Source: Squalus acanthias
Lineage: Eukaryota
DNA length: 64,000 bases
Reading direction: 5' to 3'
Assembly: GCA_030390025.1 (NCBI GenBank)
Contig: CM059432.1
Span: 53,632,001-53,696,000 of the forward strand
Shown here: positions 25,627 through 36,736 of the stretch, piece by piece
Position numbering within the stretch: position 1 is the stretch's first letter
Layout: each line of letters opens with the position of its first letter
Program-made: the position numbers and the translations under genes
Notes under the pieces: generated by a model
Told to the model about the DNA's origin: nothing
What the model saw: only the letters and a program-made list of their open reading frames with translations
Database searches by the model: none

Positions 25627-26630
25627 GGCCGGAATTTACTCCAGGTAGGTGGGTTGGGGGCGGGGGGCCTCCAAGGCGGGCAGGAAAGGTCCTGCCGACT
25701 TTAACGGCAGAGCCTGATTTGCATGTGAGGCCTCGAATTCCCTCCTGCAGCCAGCCAGATTGAGAGGCTGGTTGGCTGCGGGCGGGTAGGCCTGCAGATG
25801 CGGAGAGGGAGCGAGGGGTCAGTCTGGGGGAGGGGTCGGGGGGTGGGGGGGTCGGGGATCAGCTGGGGCTCAATCGGGGATCGGGAGGGGGAAGATCGGG
25901 GATTGGGAGGGGGAGGATTGGGGATCGGGAGGGGGAGGATTGGGAATCGGGAGGGGGAGGATCAGGGATCAGGTGGGGAGGTCGGGGATCAGGAGGGGCA
26001 GGATCGGGGATCGGCAGGAGAGAATTGGGGATCGAGGGAATTGGGTATTGGGGGGCGGGGGTCGGCCGGGTATCAGGGATCGGGGGGATCGGGGATCAGC
26101 AGGGGGTGGTCGGCCGGGGTTCTGTCGGGGGTGGGGAGCGAGGTCTGGGGCCGACCACCAGAGGATTGTGGCCATTCTCAGCATCATCGGTGGAGTGAGG
26201 GGAGGAGGCCTCATCGTGGGGATCGGAGGCCTGGGAAGACAATCGGAGGCCACCTGAGGGGGTCTCCGATCACAGGGGGTGGGTAAGGTCGGGACCCTGG
26301 ATCCAGGAGGTAGGTATAAATCCACTTACCTCCTGGATGCAGCAGTCCCCGCCTCGGTTTAACTGCCGGGTTTCACAAATTGTGTGAATTCCGACCCCAT
26401 GCAGTTAAATTCAAATTGGAGGTTAAAAAAAGAGGCTTCCAGCCTCATTACAATATTTAAATTGACATTCCGCCCCCTGGGACTGGGTTGGTCGCTCGCC
26501 CCCCATCCTGCCTCCGTTACAACTGGAAGTGGGGGTGTTGGAGGTGGGATCAGGTCGGGAATCCCATTTTTAACAATTTAATGCCCCCACACTCCAAACC
26601 AACCCGTTTTTTTAGGGGAAAATTCCGGCC
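25627..26630. mobile_element. Non-autonomous Harbinger-type element with G-rich GGGGATC minisatellite
   Basis: Perfect 11-bp TIR GGCCGGAATTT and ATG TSD; removing it restores the L2 reading frame. Confidence 0.92.
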
Positions 26631-27095
26631 ATGGATTTGAGAGGTGACAACACCATTATTGACTTTGGAGAGGAAAGGGAGGTTGGAGGTAGGGCAATAA
26701 TTTATGAATATATAAACATACGAAAATGACAGACAGTAAAATACCAGCTGGTCCATCAAGCCTGTCCCTTACTGTCATGGTGCAACTTACACCTTGGTCC
26801 GCATCGTACCCCATCCACTAGCAGCAAGAAATACCAGTAGTTACGCCGCAAATCATTATTTAACAAAATAAGGTTATACAGGAAATTCAGTGTATCGTTG
26901 TAAATCAGCACTAACAGATGCTGAGACCAAAGTCTGAGGCTTTAAATTGGTGAGATTACTTTAAGAGTAATTCCATAGATAGCTGACAAGTTAATAACTT
27001 TAAATAGTCAGTCTATTAAATAGCTCGTCTATGTGTGATTAACAATGTTCATAGCTTGCACTACCTCATCTTTATGGCTGGCGTGATTGAGTCCA

Positions 27096-28190
27096 TTGCC
27101 CTGCTATTGACAGGGGCGGGTTTGGTGAATGGGGAGGGGTGGGCGGAACTTCGGTTGGGAAACCCAGAAGTCCGGGTTTCCTCGCAGGCTACGGAGTTTT
27201 AACTCCACAACACATTTTTTTTTTACAGTAGGTTCCCCGCCCGGAAGTCAGCCTGATTGACAGGAATTTAGGAGAATGAGAGGTGATCTTATTGAAACAT
27301 ATAAGATACTGAGGGGGCTCAACAAGGTAGATGCAGAGAGGATGTTTCCCCTCGTGGGGAAATCTAGAACTCGGGGGCATAGTTTCAGAATAAAGGGTCG
27401 CCCTTTTAGAACTGAGATGAGGAGGAATTTCTTCTCTCAGAGGGTCGTAAATCAATGGAATTCTCTGCCCCAGAGAGCCGTGGAGGCTGGGTCATTAAAT
27501 ACATTTAAGGTGGAGATAGACAGATTTTTGCAAGATAAGGGAGTGTAGGGTTATGGGGAGCGGGCAGGGAAGTGGCTTTGAGCCCAAGATCAGCCATGAT
27601 CTTATTGAATGGTGGAGCAGGCTCGAGGGGCGAAGTGGCCTATTCCTGCTCCTATTTCTTATGTTCTTATGTCCAGGTACGGAGCCTGCAGCTGCTAGTG
27701 GGAGCGTGCGGGGCGAGGTGGGGGGGAAATGGGGTGGTCCGATCACCGGCCCCGGGGGGGTGGGGGGGTTTCAATCCCGGATCGGGGGGTCTTTGTATTG
27801 GGGGCACTGATGATCTAAAGGAAAAAGGTGGGCCGCAGCAAGCCCTTTTACTCCTCCTGGCCCACAAGTCATGCTGCAAAGGCACTTATCTCCTTCTCAA
27901 AGCTGTCCTCGCCTCCCTTGAGCTGCCGGGTTTCCCGAGGCCTGGGAAACCTGGCCGACCAGGATTAAACCTGTAAAACAGGTTAAATCAGAGGCTGCCA
28001 GCCTCATTAAAATATTTAAATACCCAACCTGCCTCCTGGGAGTGGATTGGCTTCTCACCCCTTGTCCCATCTCCTTAACACCTGGAAGTGGATGGGTTGG
28101 AGGCAGGTTGGGGTCGGGGTTTGAGATTTTTAAAGTGTTAACATCTCACCCGACCCCAACTCACCCGTTTTTGGGGGTTAAGATTCAGCC
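27096..28190. mobile_element. Non-autonomous Harbinger-type element split by a CR1 fragment
   Basis: Right arm (CAGCCTCATTA..ATATTTAAA...GGGGGTTAAGATTCAGCCC) resembles 26440-26630 and 39460-39620. Confidence 0.7.
27263..27672 (+). mobile_element. CR1 3' fragment
   Basis: MRGDLIETYKILRG...WNSLPQRAVEA; tail CTATTTCTTATGTTCTTATG. Confidence 0.92.
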
Positions 28191-28489
28191 CACAGTCTTT
28201 ACTAATATTACATTGATGGTGAATATTACTTTCTCACTGCAAACTTTCAGCAGTAATGATTACAAGTGAACCAAAGGTTAACAGGCAGCACATGTAAGCC
28301 ATGCAGATTCTTTGAGCTGAGAGACTAATAAACTTAAAGACATTTCACATTCAGATACCATTTTACGATACAAAATGCCATTATTTCAGCTAATTTGGAC
28401 TTGGTACATTAACGTTTAAGCTACTTGTGTCATTGAGGGTGACTTTGGATCCTCCAGTTGCTCAAAGAAATCATTTGTCAGTGGCCCAG

Positions 28490-28809
28490 AGAAGCAGAAG
28501 CGGGTTGGCCATTTCAACATTTTAATGAGGCTGGCAGCCTCAGAGTTAACCTGCTTTACAGGTTTAACCCTGGCCAGCCGGATTCCCCCGGCCTCCCAAG
28601 CTGCCCCCCATCAGTCTCCCCCCCGCCCCATACAAAGACCCCACTGGGGGCAGGGATTGGAACCACATCGCGAATGGACCCCCCTGGGCTGGGAATCGGG
28701 CCTCCACAGTCAAAACTCCACAACATGCAGGGAAACACCAACTTCCGGGGTTCCCGACAGAAACGCTACCCGCCCGCCCAATCAACCCGCTCCTGTCAAG
28801 ATCGTGGCC
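28490..28809. mobile_element. Non-autonomous Harbinger-type element fragment (inverted relative of 27096-28190)
   Basis: AATGAGGCTGGCAGCCTC and CCCGCTCCTGTCAAG match the reverse complement of 27990-28010 and 27105-27120. Confidence 0.6.
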
Positions 28810-30199
28810 TGTATGCCCATCTTTGAGGTTTTTCCAACAGTCTTGTGAAGCAGTCTGCGTACAAAATACTCTGTTAGCTCACAATCCTAACATCTAACCA
28901 GTCCAACTGCCAGATCATCCTGGTGGTCCATAAATCGCTTGCTCTTGCTCAATGAACAGCTATCAAAGTTCATTAAATAGTATATGAAATCTCCTGACTG
29001 CTCGGTTGGGCATCACTCGATATAGTATTATATTTCTCTTTTGAAAGATATTGAGCTGGGTTTTCCTCCACTATCCCACCTGATTTCGGGCAAGACAGCA
29101 GCAAAGAATGAAGGGAAATGCGGGTGGTGAAACCTACCAACACCTCACTGCCCTACTTGTATTTTCCTCCACCCACCCCTGCCAGGACCGTTGCTGGCAT
29201 CTCCTTCCTCGCCCACTGCATATAAATGGCAGCAGTGAGTGGGCCAGGGTCCCTGAAGTGGCAGTGACAGCCCAAAGGTCCTCCTGTGGATTGAAAGAGC
29301 TTTGTAGCAGCCAGCCCTCCCTCCACTCATCCCTCCCATCACTTAGCTGAGGCCTTCACGAGGACTGTGATGCCAATGTTTGGGGTGCTTCTGCCCTTTT
29401 ACACTTGCTGGCTCTTCTGTTGTTGCAGTGGTATGTTGCTTCTGCTGCACCATCAAGATTCTCCTCTTCCTATTGGTAGGTTCCCTCTTGGTGGTGGTAA
29501 TCCCACTGGGAGCCCGCTGTGCATCTATAATGAGCCCTGGCTCAAGGAAATGGAATTGAGAGAGGCAGGCAGACATCCTGCCATGCCAGAACTACCCCCA
29601 GGATTCCTGACCAGTGCCACAAGAAATTGAACAACCTCAATGGAGCAGACAACGCATCACATCAGACATTCTCTCTGTTCCTCCTTGCTCACCTTGGGCA
29701 TCAACACACTTTTAATCTTCTTAAAGCAACACGTACAACTAAACCTTCATAGTACACTCTGAAGGGTGGCTCTAACTTGGGATTTTGCACTATGATACTC
29801 AACTCGCCTAATACCAATTACTTATATGCACAACTCTAAAACCCCTTCCTCCACTTTAACAAATTAATAACACAACGGCCTAGAAATTGGATATGGCCAC
29901 AAAACAGGCAGTGTTAAGGCCCAATGATGTTAAGCTGCACCAGGTCAAAATAGCCTAGGTAGCACGCAAAATTCGTGCTCACTCCTCATTAACATGATTA
30001 TAGACTTGATTTCAGCGCTAAAGCCCCTGCTCATTGGCTTACCGCTCAGCAGGTGGGCCAATATCGGGTCCAGTCTAATTCCCAGTCATGTTTGCCACAG
30101 GCTTTATTCAGTACTTAAAGGGGAGGTGCATTGATGCTACAGCACCTCATTGTCAAGCCACTTACAACTTCACCTGGAAGCAGACGGCATTGGAAACAC

Positions 30200-32014
30200 A
30201 TGGCTGAGCCCCAGCACAGGGAGCGAGCCCGCAGATTCTCAGACGCGGCTCTTGAGGCACTGGTGGTGGCCGTGGAGAGGAGGCAAGCTGTCCTTTTCCC
30301 ACAGACTGGCAGGAAGCCCTTGCCATATACATCTCGAAGGTTCTGGCAAGAGATTTCCACCTATGTGACGGCCAGCACTGTGGTCCCCAGGTCGGCAATC
30401 CAGTGCCGCAAGAAGTTTAATGACTTCACATGGCAGGTCAAGGTGAGTGAAGGCTTCAGCAAATACCATATCCCACCATCTGCACCACAAGCATCACACA
30501 CTGCTCAATGCACCACACCCCCAGCACTCACCTACCAACAATCTCTACCTGTCACCACTCAGACCTCATAATCATAGCTTCACTTCACCCTCTCAACCTT
30601 ACCACTGCTGCAACACTCACACCCACATCTCACACCTTGCACACACTGACAGCTATTCAACTATGGCAGGCACATCACCCAAACACATTGCACAACACTC
30701 ACTGACACACTTCTCTTTCTATTGCAGGCCAAGGTCACATATAACAGGAGGGAGCAGCAGTAGACAGGTGGGGGGAAAGCTGCCATCCAGGACCTCAGCC
30801 AACTGGAGGAGCGAGTGCTGGAGATCATTGGACGGGAAGCCATGGAGGCCGTGGCAACTGGCGAGGTTGAAGCCCTTGGGGACAACAATGGTTTGCTCAT
30901 TCCTAATCCTTCATCTCACATCCCACTTCCCCCTCATCCCACAATCTCTTCTCACTTTCAAGCTGCTGATGCTGTATGCATGCGTATCTTGCTTCCCCCC
31001 CCCCGCCCTCTCCCCTCACCATAACCTGACTCTTCTGCTTTCAGCTAATCAAGAACAAGCACCAGACCCGCCTGTCCCCGAGGCGATGGAGGAGAGCGAG
31101 GGGGAAAAGAAGAAGAAGAAGAAGACACAGCGTCACTGCATCTGTCACTCGCAGACACAAGCTCAGAAACTGGCACTGCGCATACTTTAGAGGCTAGTGT
31201 AGAATCGGAATCTACACAGGGTGAAGCACCAGGCATGACTGGGCTGCAGCAAGGCCAGGGGGAAAGGGTAGCTTGGGGTCCAGCTCCCCGGAGGGTGAGT
31301 TCTGCTGCACAGGACTCAGATGAGGACCTCGCTGGGGCGGCCTTCAGAAGAAGGGTGATGGGTATGCACATCCAATTGCCAGGTGCAACGGCAAGCCTGC
31401 CAGTGAGCTCTCGGCAATGTCAAGGAGCATGGAGGAGTCTGCCTCCAATATTGCATGGGGCTTTGTGCAGAACTTGGAGCTCAGAATTTCCAGGCTGGAA
31501 ATGATGGAAAACTCCCAGAGGGACCATGTCGACCCAGAAATGATGGTGCGTGTGATGGGCGATGTCGCCATTGCAGCACAGGCGGAAGCGACGCAATGTC
31601 TTAGTGCTGCCACCCAAGCTCTGACTGCTGCCATCGTGATTGGGTTTACCACCGTCAACTGGGCTTGCAGGGTGTCGCAGCAGCTCAGCAATTGCTAGGG
31701 ATGCTGAGGCGCCGCTCCGGGGGAGTGGGAGTGGGTCAGTGGAGCAGGAACCTGCTGTCCTCTCTCAGGATGACAGTATTCCTGTTCCCACCACTGCCAC
31801 TCCGCTAGTGCCCTTGCCGTTGCCTGTCAGCCAGCCAGCCCAGACTGCTGCCGCCCATTCCGAGGTGCTGCAGTCTACAGCCGGGCTTTCTCGGACTAGA
31901 GCTGCTCTAGGTCGTCCTGCAAGGCCATCCAAAGCCTTGCCCTCTTCCACCAGCCATGCTGCAGCCACTGGGGGAGCACTTCGTAGGAAAGGGCACCCGA
32001 ATGGCAGGCAGTAA
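30200..32014 (+). pseudogene. Harbinger Myb/SANT protein gene; exons 30200-30442, 30728-30890, 31045-~32014
   Basis: Exon 1 MAEPQHRERARRFSDAALEALV...WQEISTYV...RSAIQCRKKFNDFTWQVK|gtgagt. Acceptor ttgcag|, exon 2 AKVTYNRREQQ*TGGG (TAG at 30761). Exon 3 is acidic then Ala/Gln-rich helical, with frameshifts. Confidence 0.9.
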
Positions 32015-32214
32015 AGGATTGCACAAGGGTGAGTAGTTCATATTGTAAGTGTAAATATGTGTAAATTGATTTTTGATAAATTTTTTTAATTTTGTTCGGA
32101 ATCTTTTGTGGTGGCTCTCATTTCAGCTTTGTGCCCAGTAGGATGCTGTGATATTCCGTGACAGAGGGATGGAATGATGGGGATGTGGCGAGCAATAGGG
32201 ATCTGGGGTTTCAT

Positions 32215-33341
32215 TCATTGGAATCGGAGCTTGATGAGGCGTTCACGGACAGCCCATCCGGAAGGGGGATTGACTGCCTGCCTCCTCCCTTCCTCCTCAT
32301 CCTCTTCCTCTTCCTCATCTTCTTCTTCCTCCTCCTCCTCCTGAGGTGGCCCCACAATCCCTGCTGACAAGGGCTGCACCCTAAATAGTGAAGCATGAAG
32401 CAGACCACCACAAAATGGAACACCCGCTCCGCCGAGTACTGGAGGACTCCTCCTGAGCGGGCAAGGCAATGGAACCGTTGGTTCAGTAGCCCGATGGTCT
32501 GTTCAATGATGTTCCTGGTGGAAGCATGGCTCTCATTATATCAGTGCTGGGCACGAGTGGTGGGGTTACAGAGGGGAGTCATCAGCCAGGTGCAGAGCGG
32601 ATAGCCCTTGTCTCTGAGCTGGCAGGTGGCTGGAAGATTGATGGCACACCAGACTGTCGCAGGATGAAGGCATCATGGCTACTGCCAGGATAGCGGGCAT
32701 TGACCATCAGAAAGCGCTGGGCATGGTCGCACACCAACTGCACATTAAGTGAATGGTAGCCTTTGCGGTTACAGCAGATCTCAGGATTGTTTTGCGGTGT
32801 CCGCAAAACGACATGGGTGTAGTCGATGGTGCCCTGTACCAGGGGGAAGCCCGCTATCCTGGCAAAGCTATGTGCTTCTCTTTGCTTAGAGAGAAGAAAA
32901 TGTAGTCCCTTCCCCTGGTGTAGAGAACATCTGTGACCTCCCAGATGCAGCGATGGATGGCGAACTGTGAGATGTTAGCTAAGTCTGCTACCTCAGACTG
33001 GAAGGATCCACTAGTGAAGAAATTGAGGGCCAGGTGACCTTGACTGCCACTGGGAGAGCCGTGGTCGCCCTGCTCTCAGGCTGCAGGTCTGGTTGCAGGA
33101 TGTGGCAGAGTTCTGCGACCACCTCCTTGGTGAAGCAAAGCCTCCTAATATGCTGCTCCTCGCTTAAGTGGATATAAGAAAAGTGCTCTCGGAAGATCCT
33201 AGGTGGGTAAGTCCTCCTGTTGAGATCCCTTCCGGTTCACCTCCTCCTCCCTCTGTATGCATCATCTTGTCATCTTCGCTGCCTCCGGTCCCTCTCCCTA
33301 AGATACTCAAGCGCGAGGGGGACAGCCAGTAGAGCCCCCAT
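32215..33341 (-). pseudogene. Harbinger DDE transposase
   Basis: GTIDYTHV, NRKGYHSLNVQLVCD, ARYPGSSHDAFIL, DKGYP, TRNIIEQTIGLL, acidic tail, RERLIKLRFQ*; frameshifted. Confidence 0.92.
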
Positions 33342-33917
33342 GACTGTAAGCAAATGTTGTGAGCAGAAGCCTTTAAATAAGAATGAAGGCGTTCTCCACT
33401 TGCAACAACACTCCCTGTTACCTCAGAACCTTGAAAGAAGTTAATAAAGCTGCTGGAGTTGCAGAAAGTTGCACAGAGCCAGTCAAACTGAAGAAACATG
33501 TCAGGTGGAAGTTGTTGCTGATGATCCCTTTAAATACCGCTGCTGGAGCCTCCTTCCTGCTTCTCAACGCTTATTCTGCTGGCCGCACTTAAGGCATGCA
33601 GGTAAGTGGAGTGGCGAAGTTGAAACTCGCAGATTGGGCGTCAAGTGAGCGTTGCACTCTCACCGATGTCATGATCTGCATCATCTACATAATGTTGGCG
33701 AGCGCGGACATCGGCAGCTCTGCTGGCCATCTGTAAATGGTAGCTGCCTCGGGGCCCAGGCAGAAGAGCGGCAGTCGCCAACATTTTTTTCCCTGAATCT
33801 GGTGGCAACGGGTGGCGCTAAACCCCCAAATTACTAGGCCTACATTTCTTAAAGGGGATGTGCTTTCTGAAAGAAGCAACTCATTGTTAGTGTAGCTAAG
33901 GAAAGGGGAAGGTACCT

Positions 33918-36120
33918 ATTGATCAACAGGGCAGAGAAAGGGCGCATCAGTTCTCGAAAACAGCACTGGAGGCCTTAATGCATGGGGTTTAAAGGAGCAG
34001 ACAGGTCCTCCACCCACAGGGGGCCAGGAGGCCCTCCAGACAGACTGAGGAAGACAGTGGGAGCAGATTGCTGAAATGGTCAATGCCACCAGTCTCTCCC
34101 CCAGGACCTGGATCCAGTGCTGAAAGAAATTTAATGACCTCATACCAGTGGTCAAGGTCAGTGAATGCATCTTCAAATGTCATATCTCACCAACTGCACC
34201 ATTGGCCTCACACACCACTCAATATATGACACCCGCATCACTCACCTACCAATAATCTCCAGCAATCACGACTCATACCTCACAATCTTAGCTTCACCTA
34301 ACCCTCACACACTTACCATTGTTGCAAGCCTCACACACACATCTCACACCTTGCACACTCTGTTAGCTATTCAACCATGACAGGCCCATCACCCAAACAC
34401 ATTGCACCACACTCACTGACACACTTCCCTTTCTCTTGCAGGCCAAGGTGTCGCATAACTGGCACTATCAGCAGCTAACAGGCGGGAGGCAGTCTCGGCT
34501 GCAGAACCTGACCCAGCTGGAGGAGGTGGTGCTGGATATCATTGGAGGGGCCGTGGCGATCGACGAGGCTGAAAGGATTGATGATGATGGTATTAGGGTA
34601 CGATAGCATAGTGGTTATGTTACTGGTCTAGTAATCCAGAGGCTTGGACTAATGATCCGGAGACATGAATTCAAATACCACATGGCAGCTGGGGAATTTA
34701 ACTTCAATTAATTAAATAAATCTGGAATAAAAGAAAACTAGTATATCAGTAATCATGAAACTACCGGATTGTCGTAAAAACCCATCTGTTTCACTAATGT
34801 CCTTCAGGGAAGGAAATCCACTGTCCTTACTCGGTCTGGCCTATATGTGACTTCACACAGAAATGTGGTTGATTCTTAATTGCCCTCTGAAATGTCCTAG
34901 CGGCTCACCACCACCTACTCGAGGGTAAATAAGGACGGGCAAGAAATGCCTGCCTTGCCAGCGATGCCCACATCCCGTGAATGAATTAAAAAAAAAATCC
35001 TCGTTCTCACATCCCACTTCTCCCTCACCCCACAATCTCTTCTCACTTACAAGCTGCTGTTGGTGTAACATCTTGCTTTCCTCCCCCACCCCCCCCACCC
35101 CCGCTCCCCTCACCTACCCTTGTGCCTTTCCCCTTTCGGATACCAAAGTACTCCATGCAGCCCAACCTTTGCAGGAAGAAGAAGACGAGAAGAGTGATAG
35201 AGAAGAAAAGGCAGGATCTGCACATGGTGAGTCACCGGGCACAAGTGGCCTGCAGCCAGGGCAAGAGCAGGTGCCAGCTCCCCGGATGGCGAGGTCACAC
35301 ATGCGTTCTGCTGCAGAGGACTCAGATAAAGACTTCGATGGGGTGGCCTGCAGAAGAAGGGTGATGGGCATGAACACAGAAATGCTTGTTGCACTGGCAG
35401 GCCTGCCAGAGAGCCTGTTGTCACTGTCAAGGAGCATGGAGGAGTCTTTGCACAGGGCTTTGCGCAGAGCTTGGAGCCCATGATTTCCAGGATGGAAGTG
35501 ATGGGCAACTCCATTAGCGCACTTGTGGACCCAATCATGATGCAGGGTCTGATGGCCGATGTCTCAGCTTCCATTGCAGCACAAGCGGAAGGGTTCCAAC
35601 GTCTGAGTGCTACAGTGGAAGCTCAGACTTCTGTCATGCAGGTTCAGCTTGCTGCCACACAAGCTCAGACTGCTGCAATCGTGGCTGCGTTTACAAGTGT
35701 GGAATGGGGCTTGCAGGGTCTCACAGCAGTCCAGCTATCTGTCTTCCAACAGATTACTAGAATTTTTGAGGCACCACCCCAGGGGAGTGGCAGTGGTTCT
35801 GTGGAGCACGTACCTGCTGTCCTCTCTCAGGCTGACAGCATTCGTACTTCCACCCCTGCCACTCCAGCGGTGCCCTTGCTGTTGCCTGTCAGCCAGCCCA
35901 GACTGCTGTCGCCCATGTGGTGCAGTCTACAGCTGGGCCTTCTAGGCGCAGAGCTGCTCAAGGTCATTCTGCAAGGTCATCTGCAGTCTCCCCCACTGAA
36001 AGTTAGCAGCCTTCCACCAGCCATGCTGCAGCCACTGGGGTAGCACTTCGTAGGAGCACTAGGATAGGCAAAGGCACACAACAGACAGGCACTAAGGGAA
36101 TGCACAAGTGTGATTAGTTG
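33918..36120 (+). pseudogene. Harbinger Myb/SANT gene; exons 33918-34156, 34442-34589, ~35140-36120
   Basis: QQGRERAHQFSKTALEAL...WEQIAEMVNATSLSPRTWIQC*KKFNDL..VK|gtcagt; same intron positions as 30200-32014; start codon mutated. Confidence 0.88.
34595..34997 (+). mobile_element. Full-length tRNA-derived SINE with the CR1-group LINE tail
   Basis: A box TAGCATAGTGG, B-box-like GAATTCAAATAC; last ~100 nt match the LINE tail at 5135-5230; poly-A. Confidence 0.85.
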
Positions 36121-36193
36121 ACTTTATTATGCAGTTTTGGAATTAATCATTTATAAATTATATATGGAATTTTTTTTTGTGGTGGCTTTCATT

Positions 36194-36645
36194 GTGGTGG
36201 CATAGTGGTTAGCACTGTTGCCTCACAGCGCCAGGGACCCGGGTTCAAATCTGGCCTCGGGTGACTGTCTGTGTGGAGTTTGCACATTCTCCCCGTGTCT
36301 GCGTGGGTTTCCTCCGGGTGCTCCGGTTTCCTCCCACAGTCCAAAAATGTGCGGGTTAGGTTGATTTGGCTATGAATAAATTGACCCTTAGTGTTAGGGG
36401 GGGATTAAATATGTGGGGTTACGGGGATAGGATGGGATATGTTAGGGGGAATTAAATACGTGGGGTTACGGGGATAGGGTGGGATATGTGTCGGTGCAGG
36501 CTTGATGGGGATTCTGTGTGAGAAAGCAGGGACAGGGTACTGGATTTGGATGATCAGCCATGATCGTATTGAATGGTGGAGCAGGCTCGACGGGCCGAAT
36601 GGCCTACTCCTGCTCCTAGTTTCTATGTTTCTATGTTTCTATGTT
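36194..36645 (+). mobile_element. V-SINE (HE1-type) followed by a CR1 3' tail
   Basis: tRNA head TGGCATAGTGGTTAGC...GGGTTCAAAT, V-domain GTGGAGTTTGCACATTCTCCCCGTGTCTGCGTGGGTTTCCTCCGGGTGCTCCGGTTTCCTCCCAC, (TTTCTATG)n tail. Confidence 0.92.
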
Positions 36646-36736
36646 TAGCATGGCGGCCAAGAGGATGCTGTGATGTTCTGTGACAGAGTGATGGTAAGAT
36701 GGGAAAGTATTGAGCAAGGGGGTTTTGGGGTTTTAT

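Larger units (their letters stand above)
24905..26705 (-). mobile_element. L2 LINE RT fragment interrupted by a SINE and a MITE
   Basis: Reassembled minus translation NYCPTSNLPFLSKV..VTSQIH|AHLSHNSLLE...HSTETALTKVTNDIL...SLLVFL|SAAFDTVDHTVLLQ. Confidence 0.9.
29877..33840. mobile_element. Near-complete Harbinger transposon (~4 kb), Myb gene on + and transposase on -, convergent
   Basis: TIR GGCCTAGAAATTGG / CCAAATTACTAGGCC, flanks AAC/TAC, both genes recognisable. Confidence 0.92.

Noticed and set aside
25798..26325. Gly/Arg/Pro-rich ORFs
   Set aside because: Artefact of the G-rich minisatellite.
30447..31190. 247-aa ORF as a separate gene
   Set aside because: Runs through two introns and out-of-frame exon 2 of the Myb gene.
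36194..36260. tRNA genes at SINE heads (also 25420-25485 and 34595-34685)
   Set aside because: A/B boxes continue into SINE bodies and no complete cloverleaf is evident.
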